Source: an uncultured Clostridia bacterium (GTDB taxonomy: Bacteria > Bacillota > Clostridia > Oscillospirales > Acutalibacteraceae). Taken from it: 64,000 nucleotides of DNA. The stretch lies in contig CAMHEZ010000001.1 of NCBI GenBank assembly GCA_946184295.1, positions 137,977 through 201,976 of the forward strand, read 5' to 3'. Under the pieces are notes generated by a model. That model did no database searches. It was not told the DNA's origin and was given only the letters and a program-made list of their open reading frames with translations. Below, in pieces: positions 35,499 to 47,400 of the stretch (the first letter of the stretch is position 1; the number at the start of each line of letters is the position of its first letter). The position numbers and the translations under genes are program-made.

Positions 35499-38400
35499 AT
35501 GTGGAAAAAGCTAATCAGCGGGCTGCTGGCCACCTTCATGCTGGTCTCCGGCATTCCCGTGAGTGCGCTTTCCATTGAGAGCGACTGGATCGTGGAATTT
35601 CGTTCCGAGGAATTGGCGAAGGATTTTCTTTTGACACATGAGGGACGGCTGCTTGGCGGCGCCATGGTTCTCACCAGAGGTGAGAGCGGCGACTTTGACG
35701 GGCGGGCAGACGTGGTATCGCTGACAAAGGACGGTCGCGTCAAGGGCGCGGCGGTTTCGTTTAACGATCCGCGCAAAAACGATCAGTATTATCTGACCGA
35801 CAACGCGCTCAACGTCACGACCGCGTGGAATACGCTCGACGCGGCGCTCGCCGATAAGGGGCTGACCGAGGCGGACGCTTCGCCCATCCGTGTGGCGGTG
35901 ATCGACACCGGTGTAGACGGTTCCCACGAGGATCTGAAAAACCGCGTGACCGCCGGCTATGACGCGGTCAACGGCGTGGCGCTGCCCGCCGGAACCGACA
36001 GCGACGTTTCCGACGCATCACACGGCACAATGGTGGCGGGTCTGATTGCCGCCGAGGCGAACAATTCGGTCGGTATCGCGGGTGTTTCCTATACGCTGCC
36101 GGTGAGTATCGTGCCGGTGCGCGCGCTCGACGCGAACGCGAACGGCAAGCTCTCGGATATCATTGCCGCGATTTACTGGGCGGTGGACGAGGGTAACGCG
36201 GACATCGTGAATATGTCCTTCGGACTGCGCCGCCAATCCCGTCCCGCCGCGCTCGAAGCGGCGGTGAATCACGCGGTGGACAAAGGCGTGACGCTGATTG
36301 CCGCCGCCGGCAATGAGGGACGGTATGTCTCCTATGAAAACTATCATTATTACCCCGCCGCGCTGGAAGGGGTACTGGCGGTGGGTTCGCTTACCAAGAG
36401 CAGCTATGTTCGCTATTCCGGCTATATTCCGTCTTACTCTTCGTTTACGAATCGTATCAATACTTCGTCCGATGTCGGTAAGACCTTCTTCTATGTGGCA
36501 GGTGAAAATCTGCTCACCACCGCCAGGGGCAATACCTACGACACCTTCACCGGCACGTCCGCTTCGGCTGCGGTCTTTTCGGGCATGATGGCATCTTTGA
36601 TGAGCGTGAGCCGCGCGATTGACGGTGTGGAGCCGCAGGCGGTCATCACCACTACCAACGGCGGCGGCTATTATTCCTACCGCGTGAGCTATCACAGCTT
36701 CTCAGTGGCGGCGAGCAATCTCCGCAGCGGTCGGGTGATGGACGCGTGGTGGATCAACGACGCGCACTTCCCGACGCTGCTGCGGAACAGCGTAGAATTT
36801 TCCGGCACGCTGATGGACCCCTCCTATCAGATGAGCGGCGTGCGCGCCGTGCTGATTGATGGAGACGATCAGGTGACGGAACTGGATGCCGTGCCGCGCA
36901 TCGTGGATTCGGTGGGACAGTCGGTTTCCTTTGCGCTCGACAGTACACAGGTGGCGGACGGTGCCTATCAGCTCAACATCATCGGCACTTACGCTTCCCC
37001 CTCTTCGGCGGAAAACACCGAAATTATGCTGTATGAGCAGTCCGTCACTATCGACAACGCAGGCAAAAATTATCTGCTGTCGGTGTGGGAGGACGGCGAA
37101 CCGCTGATTGGCACGGAACTGACGCTGTATAACGCGGATGGCAACGAGATGCAGACCGGGCATACCGACAGCCTCGGCAATTATCCCGTGAGCGCGACGG
37201 CTGCCGACAAGGGCGGCGTGACGGTCGTGACGCAGGGGGAAGAGTGCCTGCACATTGACGAACTGGAAACCCACCCCCGCGACAACGCTTATCTGTTCAA
37301 CGAATCTCCCGCCACGCTGACGCTGACCGCGTCGGAGGAGACGCTTGCCAGGCTGGGCAATCTTCCCCTGACGCTGCGTCTGCCCGACGGGAGCAGCGCG
37401 GAACTGGTGACGATTACCGGCGGCAGTACGGCGGTGACAATTTGTTCTAACTGCCCGCTGACCTTTACGATCCGGGGCGACGCTCTTTCGTTAAGCAAAG
37501 AATTTTCCTTCGCGGACGGCGACAAGGTCTGGAATCTGGATGAGGAACTTTCGACGGATGTGACGCTGACGCTCGACAGTGCCTTTACGGACGCGAGCGG
37601 TATCCGTCTGTTGATCGGCGACAATGCCTATGAACTGCCCAAGGAGGGCGGCTCGGTTGTGACTGTCCCGGGCAAGTACGATGTTGCCGCGATTGTCTAT
37701 CGGCAGAACAGTGAAGACGGCAGCGACAAGGCGGATTATTTCAAAATTGCTTTCGGTCAACAGAATTTGACCAAAAATACCACACTTGCTATCGGCGCCT
37801 CCGTCAAGGCGGAACTCACGCTGGAAAAAGGCGATGTGAAGCAGAACGAGGATCAGCTTGTCACCCTGCGTTTCAGCGACAGCGAGGGAAGCCTCATCAC
37901 CGATGTGGGGACTATCTACACGCTCGAGGACGGAACGGAAAGCTGCGGCAGTACGCTCAGCAGCTATTCCCTCCGACTCAACCGCGCGGGGGAAGACGGT
38001 ACGTGGGAAGATCTCGACAGTCAGTATGTCGAGTGGAGCAGACAGGATGACGCGTTCGTTACGACGCTCTCCACCTCGATGATGGACAATGCGACTGGTA
38101 CTTACCGCATGCGTCCCCACAGCTATCAGCCGTGGCCGTTTACGTTCGGCGATCGCGACTGGCACACGTTCCAAGTGACTGCCGAGGAAACCAGCCCGTC
38201 CGCGCGGGTGAATTTCCGGTTTAACAATTACAACGGCTCGCAGGAATCAAACGCGGATTTCTGCGTGCTGCTCAAAGATGAAAGCGGCGCGTGGATGTCC
38301 CGTCAGGCGATGGCACCCTCCGATGCGTCCAGCGAGCCGTGTTATACCTTCCTGCCGGTGGGACAGCGTTATCAGGGCGCAATGACGGCACAGTGCTACT

Positions 38401-41400
38401 GTCCCGAGCTGGACGGCACTGCCGCGGTCACGGCGGTTTTTACCATTGACCTCACTGACAAAACAGCAGGCGACACGGTGGACATCACCCTCCAGCCCGA
38501 CAGAAGTTGGCAGATCACCCGTATCACCGCGCCTTCCGCCGCGGACAGTGCGTCCGCCGCAGGGACTTCGCCGGTGGGCGCTTCGGATCTGCCCGCTGAC
38601 GGCAGTGTCAACGGACAAACCGACGGCGTGGACAGTAAGGTATGCGGCGTGACGGTTTATCCCTTTGACCGGCTGCCCGACACGGGCGTGACGGGGTCGC
38701 GCAGCAATTATCTGAGCGGCATCGTATCGCAGAACCTCGGCGAGACGGCGGTTGACCTGACCTTCCGCGCTGTCAGAGGGACTTACACATTCGAAGCGGT
38801 TGTGACGCTCACGCATGATTTCAGCGGCAGCGGCAGTATCGCCGCTTCGCTTCCGCTCCATCCGACACTCTCCTGCGACCAAGCGGAATACCGTTCGGGC
38901 AGCGACGTGACATTGCGTTACAAGCTGCTGGACAGCTGCGGCAACGCGGTTAAGAATGTGATTTGCCGCTCCGATAACAGTGAAACCGCAAGCGACGGCT
39001 CCGCCGGGACGGTGCATCCGACGGCTTGCGTCACCGTGTACCGCGCCAACGGCGCGACAGTGGGACAATACACACTCTCCGACGTCTACGCGGACAGTGT
39101 GAAGCTCACAGGGCTGGCGGACGGCAAATACATTGCCTCCGTCACCGTAGAATGTCCGCTGCTCACCGCTACGGGTGAGACAGTCACCTTCACGGTGGGC
39201 GGTGAATCGCCGGTTGTGCCGGAAAAGGTCGTGGAAACGCCCGCGAATTTCTCCGCCAAAGCCAAAAGCGTTTCCTCCATCGAACTGAGCTGGGACGCGC
39301 CGACGGATGAAATCGCCGGATATGTGATTTACCGCGACGGCAGACCCTTCGGGGAAGTGGCGGGAAGCGCCGATTCCTATCTCGACGAAGGCATCACCGC
39401 CGACCGCTATTACAGTTACACGCTCTACGCCGTGGACAGCGAGGGCGACAGAAGCAAAGGCGCGACGGCGGGTTCCCGTCCGGCGGCGCGACCCGATACC
39501 ACCCCGCCGAGCGTGCCGACCAATCTGCGCGCGACGCTGATGGGTTCGGAAGTACTGTTGAGCTGGGCGCGTTCGACGGACAATGTCGCGGTGACAAATT
39601 ACATTGTGACCTGTGACGGCACGGAAGTGGGACGCACCTATAACCGCAGCTTTACCCACGCGGGACGGCTGCCGGGTCAGACCTGCGTCTACACCGTGTC
39701 CGCGATGGACGGCGCGGGCAACCGTTCGGCGGAATCCCGGTCGGTTTCCGTTGCCGTTCCGAACGTGAGCGGCATTACCGCCTCCACACTCACCTATCCC
39801 AGAAACAAGGTGGGCAATATCACCGGTCAGACCCTCACTGTCAACGCCAGAGCGACCGCGGATATCGCCACCGTCAGACTGACGGTGAATTTCACGCTGC
39901 TCGACGGCACGTCGGACAGCCTCACAACTGCTTTGACCGCTGACGGAAACGGCGCGTGGCTCGGCTCGGCTGACCTGCCCGATGAATTTGCGTCGGTGGA
40001 GCAGGCGACGCTCACCGCCTATCAATCCGGCGAAACCGAAGCCGCCGATACCAAGCAGCTGCTCACTTCGCCTGTTGCGCGCGCAAACGCGTTTACAGTG
40101 GCGCTCACCAATACGCAGAACCTGACCCTGCCCGATTTTGCGCAGACGGTCAATGTCACGCTCAGCGGCAGTGACGACCAATTTTCCGTCACCCGCACGG
40201 TTGAGCATTATGCCGGCAGCTTTGTCTGCTTCCCGCCGAACGCGTCGGATTATTGCGTGACCGTGACCGATGAGGACGGACGGGAACTGTACGTCCGCAC
40301 CGACATCACGATTACGGACGGCGGCAGCTTCACCGCCGACGCGTCCGATCTGGCAAAATCCCTGCGCGTGAAGCTCACCGGGCTGCCCGACGGCGTGGAC
40401 ATGACCGGCATTGCCGTCAGCGCGGAGGGGCGCTGGGCGACATACACCGGCGTGACCGACAGTCAGGGCTATATCATCTGGTCGGAGGGCGGTCAGTGGC
40501 TTTCCGTAGAACCGTCCAAGTGCTATTACGACATTGTCGGCGGCAGTTACTATCTGAGACTGCGCAGCGACGTGCAGACCCTCGCGACGGATGACAAGGT
40601 GTATGAAATCAACGGGATTTCTGAGAAATGCTATGTGACAGACCCAGTCAACGAGATGACGGTCGGGCTGGATACGACGACAGCGCAGGCAAAAACCATT
40701 ACCGCGCATATCCGAGATAAACATGGAACCCCCGCGAAAGGGGTGTCCGTGGAAATCGTCGGCAAGACGCGCAAGACAGTCATCACCGATGAGAACGGCA
40801 CGGCTTCCGCCAAAATCGGTCTGTATACCTACGACTTGGATGGTACCACCTATATTTGCGACGCTTGTGTGAATGTCCCCTGGCAGACCACCCCGGATGG
40901 CAGAATCTGGCAATCCAATGGCAACTCCTACACCCAGGATTCCTGCGATATCACGCTGACTGCTCAGTCCAATCAATTCAAATTTGTTCCCGACGTCAAG
41001 GTGTATCAGGACGGACAGAACCGACCCGTTTCCGACAGCGACGCGGCGGGCGCGGGCTGGTCTGCCCGTGTGATCCGTCCTTACAACGATTATAACCTCA
41101 TCGGCTACAACGGCGAGTGGAGCAACAGCGACCTCACGCTGACGGACGGCGACAAGGTAACGGTATATCTGTCGGCGGCACTTGGCACCCGCTCATGGAG
41201 AGGACAGTGTGAGGTGACGTTTGATTCTGCCAATCCCACCGTTTCACCCGAAATTGTAATCCACGAGGACAGTGCGCACCGCCTGACGCTCAACGCGCTG
41301 AACGGCGATATGCTGCCCGGCGTAGACAGACGTTTCCTTGTCTACAACAAAAATGGAGAACTGCTCAGCGACACCGTTTCTCATGCCGCGTTTGCCGACG

Positions 41401-44400
41401 TGAAGCTTCCCTACGGACAGCCGGTCACGGTTATCGCTACCTTTGACACCGCAAGCGACAAATCACTGCTCCAGTGGAAAAGCTATGGTGCGTGGGCGGA
41501 ATCTGTGAAATATACCAGTGACGGCAGCGGCGATCCCCTGCATTTTTCCGCCGCTTACGGCGTGTACTTCAACGACACCTTCTGGCGGGAAAACGGCTTT
41601 TCCGGCACGCCTACGCAGTACCGTCTGGACAACGGCGACTGGCGGGTCAACTTCCGCTACACCGCATGGGACGCGGACGGCACCAGAAGCAAATCTGACT
41701 ATATCATTCTGCCCGAAGGCGCGTATGACGTTGACTTGGGCAGCTATACCTCCTGCTCGACCTACAGCGAGGAAGACAACACCATCACGATCAATCAGAA
41801 GAAAATCGGCGGCAGACACAAAATTTGCAATTTCAGTTTCAGCATTCCCGCGGAGAAACTGGCTGCCAATCCTAGGATCGTGGCGTGGTTCGAGACGACA
41901 TTCATCAATGGCAAAGACTACACATCCCTCCCCTACGAGCTCAACCTGCGCCTCTCCGGCGTGAATCTGGGCGGTGGGAACAGTGTGTGTTATGATGACC
42001 TCACCGATCAGGGCGGTTATCCATTGACGGTCAGAAGCCAGCTTTACGGTCAGGGAAAGACCATTTCGATCTATGACGGTGATACGCTGCTGGTTTATCA
42101 GGCGATGCCGTCGCCGGAACTGACCTTCGATCTGCCATTGACAAAGGATATCGGAACCCATAAGCTGCGGGTAGTGGTATCGGACGGAACCATCGAGGAC
42201 GAAACTGACAAAGAGGTGGACGTCGTTTATGACGACCAGCCGGTGATTGACTCGGTGTATGTCACCTGTAACGGCATCGGCGGTATGCTGGTAGGCAAAG
42301 GTTCAGAGTATTTCAGCCCCTATTATACGCATAGGCAGGAGGATCATGTATCGGTCAGGGTACAGGCGCAGCATTCCGATCTGATTGAGAAAATGTGGGC
42401 GGTTGTCAGTCTGTCCAAAGGCAGCGTTAAAATCAACCTCACCAAAAAGAACGATAACGGGCTCTATGAGGGCAGTTCGGTTTGCGGATCTGCCAATAAT
42501 CCCGTTACCGGCATTGAGGTGAAATATCTCCAGAAGCCCGATACCCCCGATACGGTGCAGGGTTCCATTGACTTTGACACGCAGAGCAGCTATTATGACA
42601 TCGCCTTCTGGGAAGGTCCGACCGATGAACAGCGCGAGGCGCATCTCGTCAGTGTGGAGGACAATCCCGCGCAGGCGCAGGCGCTCAGCGACTGGGAGAA
42701 GTACGTCGATCTCATTCAGAACGGCGAACACATGGACAGCGACGAATTCTATGAAAAGCTCGACGAAGTCTACGGCGACGACGGCGAATGGACGCTGCCG
42801 ATTGCCAAGGGCGACAACGGCGAGGAATTCAGCATGACCTTCATCAAGGAAAGTGAGCGTGCCAAGGAATTTCTCGCGTCTGAAGACGCCTTCACCGTGC
42901 TGCTGGACGGCGAAAAGGTCAAAATGGGCTACGAAATTGAGTTCTGCGAGAACGGCGAGGACATCATCATTCACTACTACGGCGATCTGAGTCTCTTTTA
43001 TCCCCGCGTTCCCGAATCGGATACCGTTTCGGCGGACTGGTTCTGGGAGAAGGACTACGGCGGACATCAGCCAACCAAGCCCGCCGCGCCGGTCGTGAAG
43101 CCCAAGAAGGGAGGACCTTCCGTCGCGGGTGAACTGTTGCAGAAGGGCGTCGGTCTCGGGAATATGTATAACGGCTACAAGGATAACCCGGATTACAGCC
43201 AGTATTACGCCATTCTCAACGATCCCTGCGCCACGCCCGCCCAGAAAATGGCTGCCCAGCAGAAGCTGTGGATTAAGATGGGACAGCACGCGGGCGATTT
43301 AGCGATTGACACGATTTCGCAGATCGGACCCGACGAAACCGACGCCGGCACATGGGGGCATATGGCACTGGGCGGCGGTCTGGGCGTGATGGGCAAACAT
43401 TGGGATGACATCAATGCCGCGCTCAATGAGGATCCCACCAAAAACACCAGTCCCTGTGACGACGATGACGACGGTGACGATGACGACGACGATGACGACG
43501 ATGACGACGATGATGACGACGACGATGACGGCGGCAACGGCGACGGCAATCACAAAAAGAAAAAGAAGAAGAAAAAGAAGACCGCCGCTTTCGGTCACTT
43601 CCATCCTCTTGTTGACCCGTCGGGCAATATCTTCGAGGCAGTCGCCGATCAACCCGTGCAGGGCGTGACCGCGACCATCTATTACAAGAGCAGCGAGAGC
43701 GGCGAATGGGTCAAATGGGATTCCGAAGCCTACGATCAGCCCTCCAACCCGATGCTGTCGCATGAAGACGGTTACTACGGCTGGGATGTGCTCATGGGCA
43801 AGTGGAAGGTTGTCTTTGAAAAGGACGGCTACTTCCTCGCCGAGAGTGAGGAACTCGACGTTCCGCCGGAGCATACCGACGTGAATATCAGCCTTGTTTC
43901 CTCTGTTGCGCCGACTGTCACGGGCTTTACCGCGAAGGCGGACGGCGGCAGTGTCACGCTGACCTTCGACAAGTATATGCTGACGAAGGATATGCTGAGT
44001 GACGGCGCGATCAATGTCACGTTCGGCGGCGTCACGCCTGGCGGCAAGCTCACGGCGGTCAGTCCCAAGACTACCGCCAAAGGCAACAAGCAGTTTGTTT
44101 CCGCCAGCGATATCGCTGGCGGTGATGAGGTCGCCAAGCAATTCACTTACACCTTCGACGACCCGCTGCCCACCGGCGCGACGGTCAATGTCACCGTGAG
44201 CGACGAGGCGGCAGCCTACAACGGCATGACCCTGACGGAAGTCTATAACGGTTCCGTCGTGGTGCCGGAGAGCGACCCGGTGGTGTATGCCGATACGATG
44301 ACCTTTGAAGACGCTTCTCTGCTCGATAAAGCAGTAGGCGACACCTTCAAGATTGGCGAACTCACCTTCAACGGCACTCAGCCCGGAGCAGTTCAGTACG

Positions 44401-47400
44401 AATCGAGCGACGAGAGTGTTCTCACCGTCGATGAAAACGGCAATGTCACCGCTGTCGGCGCGGGCTACGCGACGGTTTGGGCAACCTGTGACACACTCGA
44501 AGCGGGACGTCCCGTACAGGTGACGCGCCAGCCGGTTGTCCCCGACGAGAGCGACAACGCGGTAGTGTTCTGCCGCAAGGATAACCTCATCTGGAACAAG
44601 GGCTGCTGGATGTGGTCGGACGGCGCGACGTATGGCGACGGCGACCCGGTTGAGGGCGACGGCAAATATCTTGCCCTGTCGTGGCGCATTCTCGAAAACG
44701 GCACGGAAAAGGCGGGTTCGGACGTGGCATCCGGCGCGATTGCGGTGAAGGAATACTACACCCCGACGAAAACCGGTACGCTCACCGGCGAAATCACCTA
44801 TCAGCTCTACACCTATCACGAGGGCAAGTGGACAGCGGTGGAAGGCAAGACCTACACCGCCACCAAGGACATGAACGTCGTGACCGTCACGGGTCTGAGC
44901 GTCAAGACGCCGCCCGCGACAGTGGGTATCGGCGACACGCTCAATCTCAATGAGCTGGTACTCAATGTCCACACCTCCGACGGTCTGACCAGCGAGGTGC
45001 CTTACGCGAAATTCTACCGCTGGAGCCTCACACCGTCCACCAAGCACGGTACGGTTCTCACCAAGTCCGATCGCGTACTCACGATCACCCATCCCGACAG
45101 CGGTCAGACCGTGGATATCGAACTGTGGGCTTCCACCGAGCATGATATTACCATCACGAATGACGGCAACGGTACTGCCAAGGCTTCCGTCGAGAAAGCT
45201 GACCCGGGCGACACCGTCACCCTGACTGCCACCCCGAAGGAGCATTACCGTCTCAAGGAATGGCAGGTGGTGTCCGGCAAGGTGACGATTACGGACAATC
45301 AATTCACCATGCCCGACACAGCGGTGACGATTCAGGCAATCTTCGAGCCTGACCATACGCTCACGCACTTCGCGGCAGTTGCCGCCGCCTGTGAGACGGA
45401 CGGCAGTATCGAATACTGGCACTGCGATGGCTGCGACAGGTATTTTGCCGACGCGGAAGCAAAGGAAGAAATCACGAAGGACGATATTCCGATTCCGGCA
45501 CCCGGTCACGACTGGGACGACGGCGCTGTCACGCAGGAACCCACCTGCGACAAGGACGGCACAAAGGTCTATACCTGCCGGCATGACGCCAGCCATACCA
45601 AGACCGAGACTGTTCCCGCGCTGGGGCATGACTTGCAGCTGGTTCCCGCTGTGGCAGCGACTTGCACCACAGACGGACATTCTGCCTATTATGAATGTCA
45701 GCGCTGCGGAAAGCTCTTTGCGGACGGCACGGCGGCGATTGAAATTACCGACCCCGCCAGCCTGACGATTGAAGCACTCGGCCACGATTGGGGCGAATGG
45801 GTAACTGTTACGCCTGCTTCGGAGAATACGGCGGGACTTGAAAGACGCGTCTGTTCGCGCGATGCGACGCACGAGGAAACCCGCGTGCTTCCCAAGCTGC
45901 CGCACACCCATGTACTGACCAAGACCGAAGAAGTCCCCGCGACCTGTGAGGAAGACGGCCACACCGCCTACTGGACATGTAACGGCTGCGGCAAACTCTT
46001 TGGAGATGCCGAAGGCAACACCGAAATCCAGAAGGAAGATACCGTTATCGCGGCAATCGGTCACGATTGGGACAACGGCGTTGTCACCACTGAACCGACC
46101 TGTACCGAGGACGGCGTGAAGACCTTCACCTGCCGTCGTGACGCAAGCCACACCAAGACAGAGCCTGTTGCCAAGTTGGGGCATGAATTGAAGCTCGTTC
46201 CGGCGGTTCCTGCGACCTGCGAATCCGACGGACATTCGGCCTATTATGACTGCACGCGCTGCGACAGACACTTTGCCGACGCGGCGGGCAGTGAGGAAGT
46301 GACCGACCTTGACGCGTTGGTCATTCCCGCCACGGGTCATGCCTACGGCAGCCCCGTCTGGAAATGGGATGCCGACCACACCGCGACCCTTACCCTGACC
46401 TGTTCGCACGATGCGGTGCATGTGCAGAATATTCCCGCGATTGTCACCCGTAAACTCACCGAACCCGCCTGTGAAACCGACGGCGTGATTCTCTATACGG
46501 CGCTGGTGACGTTTGACGGGGTGACTTACACCGACAACAAGACCGAGAGTGTACCCGCGACGGGTCACAAGCTGACCCTGACGGCGGCGGTGGAACCCAC
46601 TTGCGAGAAGAACGGTAGCACTGCTTACTACGTCTGCGAACACTGCGGCAAGTGGTTCGAGGACGCGACCGCGTCGGTGGAAATCACCGACAAGAGCAGC
46701 GTGGTGATTCCCGCGCTGGGTCATGATTACGGCAATCCGGCGTGGAATTGGAGCGCCGACGATCAGGCGACGGTGTCCTTTACCTGCCGCCACGACGACA
46801 GCCATGTGAAGACCGTCACGGCGACGGTCACAAGCGAGAGAACCGAACCTACCTGTCTGCACGACGGACAGCTTGTCTACACCGCGACGGCGAAATATGA
46901 CGGCAGAACCTACACGAATACCAACACCGTCAGATTTCCCGCACTCGGTCATGAATTGCACCTGATTCCGGCGGTAGCACCGACCTGCGAAAAGGGCGGC
47001 AATATCGAATATTACCTCTGCGAGCGTTGCAACAAGCTGTTTGCGGACGCGGAAGGCAAAACCAAAATCAAGTTGGAGGATACGATTCTCCCCGCCAAGC
47101 AGCACGATTGGAACGGCGGCGTTGTGACCACTGAACCGACCTGCACCGAGGACGGCGTGAAGACCTTTACCTGTCTGAACGACCCGAACCACACCAAGAC
47201 CGAATCGGTGCTCGCGCTTGGTCACAAGCTCAAAGCGATTCCTGAAATGCCTGCGGCTTGTGAATCCGAAGGCCGCATGGCGTATTATGAGTGCAAGACC
47301 TGCGGCAAGTACTTTGCCGACGCGACGGGTCTGGTGGAAATCACTGACCTGAGCGTTCTCACGATTCCGGCGATCGGTCATGCCTACGGCAAACCGAGCT

